Shown here: in pieces, positions 52,344 to 60,640 of the stretch
Layout of the letters: the number at the start of each line of letters is the position of its first letter
How positions within the stretch are numbered: position 1 is the stretch's first letter
Source of the DNA: Candidatus Scatocola faecigallinarum
GTDB lineage: Bacteria > Pseudomonadota > Alphaproteobacteria > RF32 > CAG-239
NCBI GenBank assembly: GCA_018713605.1
Contig: DVOM01000018.1
Span: 6,557-70,556 of the forward strand
DNA length: 64,000 nt
Direction: 5' to 3'
The notes under the pieces: model-generated
Told to the model about the DNA's origin: nothing
The model's input: the letters and a program-made list of their open reading frames with translations, nothing else
The model's database searches: none
Translations under genes and position numbers: made by a program

Positions 52344-53000
52344 CTACATGAACGACGGTTCTATATGAATGACGACGCGGCGGTTGCGAATGCGGTTTTC
52401 CGGTATCGGGTCGCCGAACGGGTCGAGGTTAGGATATTTGGGGCTGACGTCGTTCATGCCTGTTGCGCGCATGCGGACACGGGCAATGCCGCGTTCTTCC
52501 AGAAAACGGGCGACGGCAGATGCGCGAGCCGAAGAAAGTTCCCAGTTGGAAGGATATTTTTCGCTGGCAACTTTTTCGTCGCTGGTATGTCCTTCAATGC
52601 TGAAGACAAAGTTTTTGTAACGATCCGACTGAAGCGTGGCGGCCATTCTTTTGAGCGCGGGAAGCGCTTCGGGCTTGATGTCGGCAGAACCGCGGTTGAA
52701 CAGCATGTCACCGCCGAACTCGAGAACAATGCCCTGCGTGTCGCTGCCGATGGCGACCTTCTTTTCCAAATCCAGCGATTGAATGTCGTCATTGAGTTCG
52801 GTCATCAGCATTTCAATCGGGCGCTGAATTATCTTTTTGCCCAGTCCTTCGCTCAGGCCGGCGGAAATCTGCTCGTATTTGGCGACGTCCGGTTTGGAAA
52901 CGGAAAGCATCATGACAAAGAAGCACAGCAGCAGCGTTACCATGTCGCCGTAGGTCGACATCCAGTCTTCGTCAATTTTTTCTTCCGGTTTCTTCTTCAT
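52344..53000 (-). CDS. motB: Flagellar stator protein MotB/PomB (OmpA-like peptidoglycan-binding C-terminus)
   Basis: Plug/TM region EDWMSTYGDMVTLLLCFFVMMLS with the conserved Asp. C-terminal OmpA-like domain IEGHTSDE...NWELSSARASAVARFLEE...NRRVVI. Confidence 0.85.
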   Translation of the reverse strand: MKKKPEEKIDEDWMSTYGDMVTLLLCFFVMMLSVSKPDVAKYEQISAGLSEGLGKKIIQRPIEMLMTELNDDIQSLDLEKKVAIGSDTQGIVLEFGGDMLFNRGSADIKPEALPALKRMAATLQSDRYKNFVFSIEGHTSDEKVASEKYPSNWELSSARASAVARFLEERGIARVRMRATGMNDVSPKYPNLDPFGDPIPENRIRNRRVVIHIEPSFM

Positions 53001-53009
53001 GATAATATC

Positions 53010-53816
53010 CTATTTGCCCGAATTAAGGTCACGGTCGATGGAAAACTGCTCGCTGAGGTCGACAAAGGAGTTGATTTTGTCCTGAATGTAACGCGGGCTT
53101 TTGCGTTCGGCAAGGAGAACCAGGCCTTCCATCTGCAGATTGTTTTTGAACATGGTAACGTCGTTGCGGGCACTCATTTTGGTTGCCAGCGGAATGAAGA
53201 TAAGGCGGGCGAGAATAATACCGTAGAACGTGGTAATGAGGGCTACGGCCATACTGGGACCGATGGCGGAAGGATCGCCGCCCATGTTGCTGAGCATGAT
53301 AATCAGGCCGATGAGGGTTCCGAGCATACCGAATGCCGGCGCGTCGCCGCCCATTTTCTTAAGGGCGTCGGTTTCGCGGCGGTCGCGTTCAGCCTGAGAT
53401 TCCATCATGTGCTCCATAATGGTTTTGATTTCAGCGCCGGTATAGCCGGTAACGACCAAATCGGCACCGTAGGCCAGAAACGGATTGTTGGCGCGGATGT
53501 CATCGGTAATTTCGTTTTCCAGACCCTGCAGGCCGTTTTTCTGAATGATATATGCCCAGCGCACAATCTGGCCGACTTCGTCTTTCAGCGAGGCTTCGGA
53601 ATCCTTGTGACGGCCGAAGGCTTTGCCCATAAGACGAATAGCCTTGAGCGCGAGACCGGTTTCGTACGAAAGGAAAAGAGCAACGAAAGTGCCGCCGATG
53701 ACGATAATCATACTCGGGACGTCGACGAACGCCAACGGCTTGTCCGTTGCCGACAGGATGGAACCGAGCACGACGCAGACAGCGGCGATGAAACCAAACA
53801 GTGTTCCTTTTGACAT
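53010..53816 (-). CDS. motA: Flagellar stator protein MotA/PomA
   Basis: 268 aa. APAFGMLGTLIGLIIMLSNMGGDPSAIGPSMAVALITTFYGIILARLIFIPLA closely parallels PomA (APAMGMIGTLVGLVAMLSNM..P.AIGPAMAVALLTTLYG) as I remember it. Confidence 0.88.
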   Translation of the reverse strand: MSKGTLFGFIAAVCVVLGSILSATDKPLAFVDVPSMIIVIGGTFVALFLSYETGLALKAIRLMGKAFGRHKDSEASLKDEVGQIVRWAYIIQKNGLQGLENEITDDIRANNPFLAYGADLVVTGYTGAEIKTIMEHMMESQAERDRRETDALKKMGGDAPAFGMLGTLIGLIIMLSNMGGDPSAIGPSMAVALITTFYGIILARLIFIPLATKMSARNDVTMFKNNLQMEGLVLLAERKSPRYIQDKINSFVDLSEQFSIDRDLNSGK

Positions 53817-53853
53817 AATTTCTAAAGTCCTTTTGTTATCAGGTCGTTAATAA

Positions 53854-54336
53854 TTATTTCTTTCCGGCTTTGACGTAGGCGATGTTGGCATGTTCTTCGC
53901 AGTAGGTCTGGCCGATTTTGACTTTTTTGCCGCAGAAATGGAAGTTTTCGTCTTTGGGGTCGCCGACGGGCCAGCGGCAGGTATGGTTGTCCAGATCGGT
54001 CAGCGAAGTTTTGCCGCAGTGCGAATGGCTGCTTTTGACCGGCATTTTGGCAACCGGTTCGAACTTTTCTTCCTTTGCCGGTTCGGGACGCTTTTCTTCT
54101 TTGGCCTTGACCGGTGCCGCTTTTTCTTCTTTTGCCGGTTTGGCCGGAACGGCTTTTTCTTCGGAAATTTCGTCTTTTTTCTTAATCGGGGACGGCCGTC
54201 CGGAGAGCTGCAGGCGGTGAACTTTGCCGACGATGGAGTTTTTGGAAACGCCGAGGCGTTTGCCGATTTCGCCGGTGGTTAAACCTTCATGCCACATTTT
54301 TTTGAGGTCTTCAACCATTTGCTCAGTCCATGCCAT
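53854..54336 (-). CDS. gcrA: Cell-cycle transcriptional regulator GcrA
   Basis: Start trimmed to ATG 54336, after AAGGAG. MAWTEQMVEDLKKMWHEGLTTGEIGKRLGVSKNSIVGKVHRL, and C-terminal CRWPVGDPKDENFHFCG...YCEEH. Confidence 0.9.
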   Translation of the reverse strand: MAWTEQMVEDLKKMWHEGLTTGEIGKRLGVSKNSIVGKVHRLQLSGRPSPIKKKDEISEEKAVPAKPAKEEKAAPVKAKEEKRPEPAKEEKFEPVAKMPVKSSHSHCGKTSLTDLDNHTCRWPVGDPKDENFHFCGKKVKIGQTYCEEHANIAYVKAGKK

Positions 54337-54489
54337 GTTTTTTCTCCTTAAATTAAGCTTTTGAACCAATCTATTCTGATATTATGAAAATATCGTTACC
54401 GAGTCTAGCAATATTAGCATTTTATCACTTTTTTTTTGTAAATTTATAGATTATATTGTTCGCAAATCATCTTTTTAAGGGAGTATAAA

Positions 54490-55929
54490 ATGCGCGAAAA
54501 TTATGTTAAAATTCTGTTGGCTCTCGGCCTGCTGCTGCCTTCTTCCGGCTCTTTGGCCGCGGACAAGGAAATTATACTCGATAAAGACAAATCCGTGGAT
54601 ATGGCAATCAGTATTTACAACAACAGTCTGGGTTTTGTTCGCGATACCCGGGAGGTTATGCTCGAAAAGGGCAGCAGTTCGGTCGCCTTCGTCGGCGTAG
54701 CCGACCAGATTAAGCCCGAGACCGCCATGCTTTCCGGCAGCGGCGTTACGGTAACCGAACAGAATTACAACTATAATCTTCTGACTCCTTACAATATTCT
54801 TAACGAATCCGTCGGGCAGACGGTAAAAACGGCTCTGTACAATGAACAGACCGGGCAGACGGTTTTTAACAGCGCCAAAATCATCGACAGCAACAACGGC
54901 CGGCCGATTTTGCAATTCGATTACGGTATCGAGACCGATTTCCCGGGGCGCATCGTTTATGAAAAACTGCCGGAAAACCTTACTGCCAGGCCGACGCTGG
55001 ACATTTCGCTCAACAACAAGACGGCCGGTACCAAAAAGCTGGAACTTGCCTATCTGACTTCCGGCATCAGCTGGAAGGCCGATTATGTAGCGGAAGTCAA
55101 CGGCAGCAACACGCTGGCTTTGAACGGCTGGATTACGCTCAACAACCAGTCGGGCACCACATATGAAAATGCCGCCGTGCAACTGATTGCGGGGAGTGTC
55201 AACGAGGTACAGCCGCCGGTTATGCCGCGGATGTACGGTTTGGCAATGAAAGCGGCCGTAAATGACATGGCTGTGGCCGAAAGCGCCGCTGCCGGCGCGA
55301 GCAGCGAGGCCTTTGCCGACTATTACCTTTATACGCTGCCGGTACGGACGACGATTAAGGACAACCAGTCCAAGCAGGTAAGCCTGTTTACAAAGGAGAA
55401 GGTTCGTTTCGTCCGCGAATATAAGCTGGTTTCGCCGCTGTATGCGGGACTTAACATGCGCGAGAACGAGTTCGAAAATGCCAATCCTCAGGTTACGTAC
55501 AAGCTGAACAACGTCGAGGCTGAAGGCCTGGGGCTGCCGATGCCGCAGGGAACGGTGCGCTTTTATGAAAACGACAGCAAAGGAAACATGCAGTTTATCG
55601 GCGAGAGCGAATTTCGGCAGCTGGCCAAAGGCGACAAGACCGAGCTGCCGCTGGGCAAGTCTTTTGACGTTTCGGCCAAGGGGAGAATTACCGGCGTGAC
55701 CAGGCTGGCCAAAGACAGCTATGAAGGCGATTTTGAAATCACGCTTAAAAATGCCAAGAGCGAATCGGCCGTCGTTAATTTTGAGCAGAAATTCGGCGGC
55801 AGCTGGACGATTGTTTCGGAAAGCGTAAAAAGCGAGAAGAAGAACGCTTCGACGGGACTCTGGAAAGTTGAGGTTCCGGCAAACGGCGAAAAAGTGCTTA
55901 CCTTTAAGGCCAGAATTACGGCATTATGA
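54490..55929 (+). CDS. Secreted DUF4139-family protein (MuiA-like)
   Basis: Signal peptide. LAYLTSGISWKADYVAEV...LNGWITLNNQSGTTYENAAVQLIAGSVN is the DUF4139 signature as I remember it. Confidence 0.7.
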   Translation: MRENYVKILLALGLLLPSSGSLAADKEIILDKDKSVDMAISIYNNSLGFVRDTREVMLEKGSSSVAFVGVADQIKPETAMLSGSGVTVTEQNYNYNLLTPYNILNESVGQTVKTALYNEQTGQTVFNSAKIIDSNNGRPILQFDYGIETDFPGRIVYEKLPENLTARPTLDISLNNKTAGTKKLELAYLTSGISWKADYVAEVNGSNTLALNGWITLNNQSGTTYENAAVQLIAGSVNEVQPPVMPRMYGLAMKAAVNDMAVAESAAAGASSEAFADYYLYTLPVRTTIKDNQSKQVSLFTKEKVRFVREYKLVSPLYAGLNMRENEFENANPQVTYKLNNVEAEGLGLPMPQGTVRFYENDSKGNMQFIGESEFRQLAKGDKTELPLGKSFDVSAKGRITGVTRLAKDSYEGDFEITLKNAKSESAVVNFEQKFGGSWTIVSESVKSEKKNASTGLWKVEVPANGEKVLTFKARITAL

Positions 55930-57176
55930 GAAAAACGGGACGGATATTAGCTGCGGCAACCGCGCTGGCTTTTGCTTTTGCTGCACAGGCAGCGCCGGAA
56001 AAGACGGTCAGTTTTGACGTCGATATGGACATCGGGCAGAAACTGCCGCCTTATGAGGAAATGCTTAAAAAATATGTTGCCGATAATCGGATTGTCGATC
56101 GCGGATATGATTTTCACTGGGATATCGGCAATATTTTTGACAGCGTTTTCCGAATGACCATAGACTATTACGGGCAGACCGAGAAGCGCATTAAAAACGT
56201 TCACGAAGACGATTTGACGGCGCTGCTTTCGTCCGTTCCTCCCGAATATTACCAGTACATCGGCCCGTATCTGCATACGGTGCCGAACATGCCGGAGAAG
56301 ATTCTGAACATGCCCGGCATCAAAGAAACCAAAAACCGGTTTCCGAAAAGAATAGCCCGCGAGCTTGAGGGAATAGAGGACCTTGAGTTCGTTTCGCCGT
56401 ACCTGTATTATGTGCTGATGCCGGAAAGCTGGCCGGATTACCGGCGGACCATGGAAAAGGCGCCGCGGCCGTCAACCCGGGCGAAAGTCGAACATGATCC
56501 GGCATTTTTCGAAAAAGTTAAAGCGCTGGTGCCGGACGAAGATTTTCTGCCGGGAGCGGAAAAACAAAGCAAACTTTCACTAAGCGACCTGCGGACGCTG
56601 GAACCGACCAAAAACGGGCCGCTGACCGCCGCCGACGTGAAGGCTTTTACCGGAACGCTGGACAAGGTCAACGCCTTTACCAAAGACCTGAAAAACTATG
56701 ATCGGATTAATACCGCGGGCATCCTTATTGACGTGTGGGAAAAGGAAAACGGACGGGGACCGCAGGTCAGCCTGCTGAAAGATCTGGTTAATCCGTGCCA
56801 GCGTCTGGTTCAGAAAGTCAGGTACGCCGGATTGGAACGCGAGTTTTCCAGAATCGTCAATACGGAGGGGTTTGATGCGGAAGGCTGGGCTTATACCTGT
56901 GACAAGGCGGTCAAGGCGTATAGGGTTTCCATGCTTACGCGAAGCGTGGTAGCGGGAATTCTGATGTATCGGCAGGGCGTTTATGACGCGTTCAGGGATA
57001 TTGCCGGCGAACGTATCGGAAATCTGCAGCGGGAAACGGTGCAGGCGGTTTTGGAAATGTATGAGGCGCCGACGGCCGACGTGCTGGAGACGCGCAAAAA
57101 CCGGAGCGAACTCGGCAGAAAGATTATTGACAATAACCGATTTATAGGTAATGCTCCGATTTTAGTGCTGTACTAA
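55926..57176 (+). CDS. Hypothetical secreted protein
   Basis: Signal peptide ILAAATALAFAFAAQAAP. ATGA overlap with the DUF4139 gene. It ends at the murD start region. Confidence 0.7.
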   Translation: MRKTGRILAAATALAFAFAAQAAPEKTVSFDVDMDIGQKLPPYEEMLKKYVADNRIVDRGYDFHWDIGNIFDSVFRMTIDYYGQTEKRIKNVHEDDLTALLSSVPPEYYQYIGPYLHTVPNMPEKILNMPGIKETKNRFPKRIARELEGIEDLEFVSPYLYYVLMPESWPDYRRTMEKAPRPSTRAKVEHDPAFFEKVKALVPDEDFLPGAEKQSKLSLSDLRTLEPTKNGPLTAADVKAFTGTLDKVNAFTKDLKNYDRINTAGILIDVWEKENGRGPQVSLLKDLVNPCQRLVQKVRYAGLEREFSRIVNTEGFDAEGWAYTCDKAVKAYRVSMLTRSVVAGILMYRQGVYDAFRDIAGERIGNLQRETVQAVLEMYEAPTADVLETRKNRSELGRKIIDNNRFIGNAPILVLY

Positions 57177-57202
57177 TGCGGAAACGAACAGGGACGAAAA
57201 CA

Positions 57203-58528
57203 ATGAGAACAGTTGTGTTGGGCGGCGGAGAGAGCGGCACGGGCGCGTGCCTGCTGGCCAAAAAGCTCGGACATGAAGTTTTTCTGTCGGACAAGGGAAG
57301 CCTTTCCGACAAGTATCGTAAAGTTTTGACCGACAATCAGATTGAGTTTGAAGAGGGCGGTCACAGTCTCGACAGAATCTATAATGCCGGTCTGGTTATC
57401 AAAAGCCCGGGTATTCCCGACGACAATCCGGTGGTTGAGGAATTGCGGCGCCGGGGCATTGAGGTCATTTCGGAGATTGAATTTGCCGGACGGCACAGTT
57501 CGGCAAAAATGTGCTGCATTACCGGCAGCAACGGCAAGACTACGACAACGCTGCTGATTAAGCATATTCTGGATACGGCGGGAATTGACGCCGGGCTGGC
57601 CGGCAATGTCGGTTTTTCGCTGGCGGCACAGGTTGCTGCGGACGCGCATCCCCTGTATGTGATTGAGCTGTCGAGTTTTCAGCTGGACGGCATGTTTGAT
57701 TTCAGGGCCGACGTGGCGGTACTGACAAATATTACGCCGGACCATTTGGACCGCTATGATTTCAAATATGAAAACTATATCAATTCGAAATTCCGGATTT
57801 TGCAGAACATGCGATCGGAAGACCTGTTTGTTTACGGTTATGACAGCGACGCCGTGCGCGAAAAAGTGCGGGAACTTGATATTGTGCCGGCGCAGGCGCC
57901 GTTTACGTATCTTGACAAAAAAGACTGTGCGGCGTATATGGATGGTAATCGGCTGACGGCCAGAGAATCGGGACGGGTTTTCTCGATTGACAAAAACGAA
58001 ATAAGCATAAAGGGCCGTCATAACATTTATAATGCGATGTGCGCGGTTCTGGCGTGTATGCGGCTCGGCGTCGACAACGAAAAAATTGTCGAAGGGCTGA
58101 GAAGCTTTCCGCAGGTGGAGCATCGTCTGGAAACGGTGCTGGTAAAAGACGGCGTTACCTATATCAACGATTCAAAAGCGACAAATGTGGATTCCGCGTG
58201 GTATGCGCTGGACAGCATGACCGCTCCGGTGGTCTGGATTGCCGGCGGCAAGGACAAGGGCAATGACTACAGCGTTTTGTACGAGCTGGTTCGGAAAAAG
58301 GTTAAGGCGCTGGTCTGCATGGGGCTGCACAACGAGAAGCTGATTGAGAGTTTTTCGCCGTTTTGCAAAGTGGTTGACACCGATAATCTGGAAGATGCCG
58401 TCAAGGCGGCCAGAAACTGTGCGGAACCCGGCGACGTCGTGCTGCTTTCGCCTTGCTGCGCGAGCTTTGACCTGTTCAGAAGCTACGAGCACCGCGGCGA
58501 AATGTTTAAACAGGAAGTGAGAAAGTAA
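57203..58528 (+). CDS. murD: UDP-N-acetylmuramoylalanine--D-glutamate ligase
   Basis: Start trimmed to ATG 57203 (MRTVVLGGGESGTGACLLAKKLGHEVFLSD). ATP site GSNGKTTTT. Confidence 0.9.
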   Translation: MRTVVLGGGESGTGACLLAKKLGHEVFLSDKGSLSDKYRKVLTDNQIEFEEGGHSLDRIYNAGLVIKSPGIPDDNPVVEELRRRGIEVISEIEFAGRHSSAKMCCITGSNGKTTTTLLIKHILDTAGIDAGLAGNVGFSLAAQVAADAHPLYVIELSSFQLDGMFDFRADVAVLTNITPDHLDRYDFKYENYINSKFRILQNMRSEDLFVYGYDSDAVREKVRELDIVPAQAPFTYLDKKDCAAYMDGNRLTARESGRVFSIDKNEISIKGRHNIYNAMCAVLACMRLGVDNEKIVEGLRSFPQVEHRLETVLVKDGVTYINDSKATNVDSAWYALDSMTAPVVWIAGGKDKGNDYSVLYELVRKKVKALVCMGLHNEKLIESFSPFCKVVDTDNLEDAVKAARNCAEPGDVVLLSPCCASFDLFRSYEHRGEMFKQEVRK

Positions 58529-58532
58529 AACA

Positions 58533-59909
58533 ATGACGATTTTGGACAACATTAAAAACGTGTATTTTGTCGGTATCGGCGGTATCGGCATGAGTGCTCT
58601 GGCCCGTTATTTTAAGCTCAAAGGCTACAATGTGGCCGGCTATGACCGCACGCAGACGCCGCTGACGGAAAAGATGGCACGTGAAGAGGGAATTGCCGTC
58701 AACTATGCCGACGATGAAAATGAAATTGCCGAAATCTACCGTAATGCGGAGAATACGCTGGTGGTTTATACGCCGGCCATTCCGCGCGACAACCGTCAGC
58801 TTAACTTCTTTACCGACCGCGGCATGAAACCGCATAAGCGTTCGGAAGTTCTTGGACTGCTTTCGCATGCGGGCAAGGCGCTGTGCATTGCCGGCACGCA
58901 CGGCAAAACCACAACCTCGACGCTGCTGGCCTGGCTGCTGCATAATTCACATGTTAAATGCAGCGCTTTTCTGGGCGGCATTTCCGAAAATTTCGGCAGC
59001 AATCTGCTGGTAGACACTTCGTCGGATTACATTGTCATCGAAGCGGACGAATTTGACCGCTCGTTTCTGACGCTTAATCCGGAAAAGGCGGTTATTACTT
59101 CAATGGATGCCGATCATATGGACATCTACGGCAACCGCGACAGCATTATTGCCGCGTTTGAGGATTTTGCCTGCCGGGTGGTTCCCGAAGGCGGGCTGTT
59201 TATCAAAAAGGGACTGGAAATCAGGAAGCGCAGGGTTGACGGTTTTTACAGCCTGAACGACAAGGCTGATTTTTATGCCGATAATCTGCGTTTGGAAAAC
59301 GGTTTGTACAGTTTTGACTATCATGGACGCAACGGCGACATTCTCAATCTGAAGCTCGGGGTGCCGGGCATGGTCAACGTTGAAAACGCTACGGCGGCGA
59401 TTACCGTGGCGCTGGACTGCGGCGTGACGGCCGACGAAATTCGGGCGGCGCTGCCTGGGTTCAAAGGCGTTCATCGCCGGTTCAATATCATTTCGGCAAG
59501 CGAAGATTTGATTCTGATTGACGATTATGCGCATCACCCCAAGGAAATTGAGGCGACTCTGAAATCCGTGCGCCGGATTTGGCCGGACCGTTATCTGACT
59601 GTCGTGTTTCAGCCGCATTTGTATTCGCGGACCAAAGATTTTGCGCCGGAATTTGCTCAAAGCCTGTCGTTGGCCGACGAAGTGGTGCTGATGAATATTT
59701 ATCCGGCCCGCGAGAAGCCAATTCCGAACGTCAGCTCGAACATCATCATGGACAAGATTACGGTTCCGGTACGGCTGATGACGGAAAGCGAGATTGTCGA
59801 GGCGGCGCCCGGTTTTAAAGGAATCGCGATAACCATGGGTGCCGGCGACATCGATAAACTGCCGTCGAAAATTTATGCAAAATTAAATGCCGTAAAATCA
59901 GCCGCTTGA
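58533..59909 (+). CDS. murC: UDP-N-acetylmuramate--L-alanine ligase
   Basis: VYFVGIGGIGMSALARYFKLKGYNVAGYD; ATP site GTHGKTTTS; DDYAHHP. Confidence 0.9.
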   Translation: MTILDNIKNVYFVGIGGIGMSALARYFKLKGYNVAGYDRTQTPLTEKMAREEGIAVNYADDENEIAEIYRNAENTLVVYTPAIPRDNRQLNFFTDRGMKPHKRSEVLGLLSHAGKALCIAGTHGKTTTSTLLAWLLHNSHVKCSAFLGGISENFGSNLLVDTSSDYIVIEADEFDRSFLTLNPEKAVITSMDADHMDIYGNRDSIIAAFEDFACRVVPEGGLFIKKGLEIRKRRVDGFYSLNDKADFYADNLRLENGLYSFDYHGRNGDILNLKLGVPGMVNVENATAAITVALDCGVTADEIRAALPGFKGVHRRFNIISASEDLILIDDYAHHPKEIEATLKSVRRIWPDRYLTVVFQPHLYSRTKDFAPEFAQSLSLADEVVLMNIYPAREKPIPNVSSNIIMDKITVPVRLMTESEIVEAAPGFKGIAITMGAGDIDKLPSKIYAKLNAVKSAA

Positions 59910-60002
59910 CTGGCAAAAAAATATTTTTTTCTTGCAATCTGAATTTATTTGCGGGTATAAAGCATAAAAAATGATTTAACTCTTTCAAAAGGTATAAAGA
60001 AA

Positions 60003-60491
60003 ATGGCACGTGTTACTGTTGAAGACTGCGTTGATAAAATTCCGAATCGCTACGAACTGCTGATGGTTGCGGCTCAGAGAGCCAAAGACATCAGTGCCGG
60101 TGCGCCGATTACGGTTGCCCGCGACAATGACAAAAACCCGGTTATCGCTTTGCGCGAGATTGCCGACGAGACGGTCAGCATTGAAGAATTGCAGAAGTCT
60201 CTGGTTATGGGATTGCAGAAATATGTTGAAGTCGAGGAGCCGGAAGAAGAAGAGCTTGAAATTATGGCCGCCGAAAAAGAACTGGCCGATTTGGACGAGC
60301 AGTTCTCCGGCCTGCTGCTGGATACGGAAATGAACGACGGCATGCAGGTTCATGGCGACGATGACGATGCGCTGGATCTGGATGCGGTGGACGCCGGCAG
60401 CGACGACGATCTTTCTCTGGACGAGGAAGGCGGTCTGGACGACGGTTTTGACCTGGGCGATGACGCCGGAGAAGATTTTGACGAAGAATAG
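60003..60491 (+). CDS. rpoZ: RNA polymerase omega subunit with a long acidic C-terminal extension
   Basis: [30 protein letters not shown] is the omega signature. The last roughly 60 aa are Asp/Glu-rich ([45 protein letters not shown]). Confidence 0.9.
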   Translation: MARVTVEDCVDKIPNRYELLMVAAQRAKDISAGAPITVARDNDKNPVIALREIADETVSIEELQKSLVMGLQKYVEVEEPEEEELEIMAAEKELADLDEQFSGLLLDTEMNDGMQVHGDDDDALDLDAVDAGSDDDLSLDEEGGLDDGFDLGDDAGEDFDEE

Positions 60492-60515
60492 CCTTTTCTG
60501 AGGTCGTTTAACGTA

Positions 60516-60545
60516 AAAAGCCCCGTTCTGCGAGCGGGGCTTTTG
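60516..60545 (+). terminator. Intrinsic terminator after rpoZ
   Basis: AGCCCCG-ttctgcgag-CGGGGCT followed by TTTT. Confidence 0.8.
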
Positions 60546-60640
60546 ATTGTTTAAAGTAATTGTTAATTTTTTAATTGTAGTATAAAATAGCTTTCAAAGC
60601 GCGATTTCAGAAGAATTTTATTTAGAATAATAAGGTTGCG

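Noticed and set aside
52344-53816. MotA/MotB pair as a Zorya-type anti-phage module
   Set aside because: The MotA homolog is a normal 268-aa PomA-like stator subunit without the long coiled-coil tail of ZorA. No ZorC/D/E-like genes are adjacent. Flagellar export genes are present in the same window.
54337-54489. CtrA boxes (TTAA-N7-TTAA) in the gcrA, pgm (11629-11718), spoT (60492-60640) and pseudokinase/GGDEF (31171-31333) upstream regions
   Set aside because: I found only near-misses with the wrong spacing, for example TTAA-N5-TTAA at about 11650 and TTAA-N8-TTAA at about 60560. I saw no perfect site, so I make no regulatory call.
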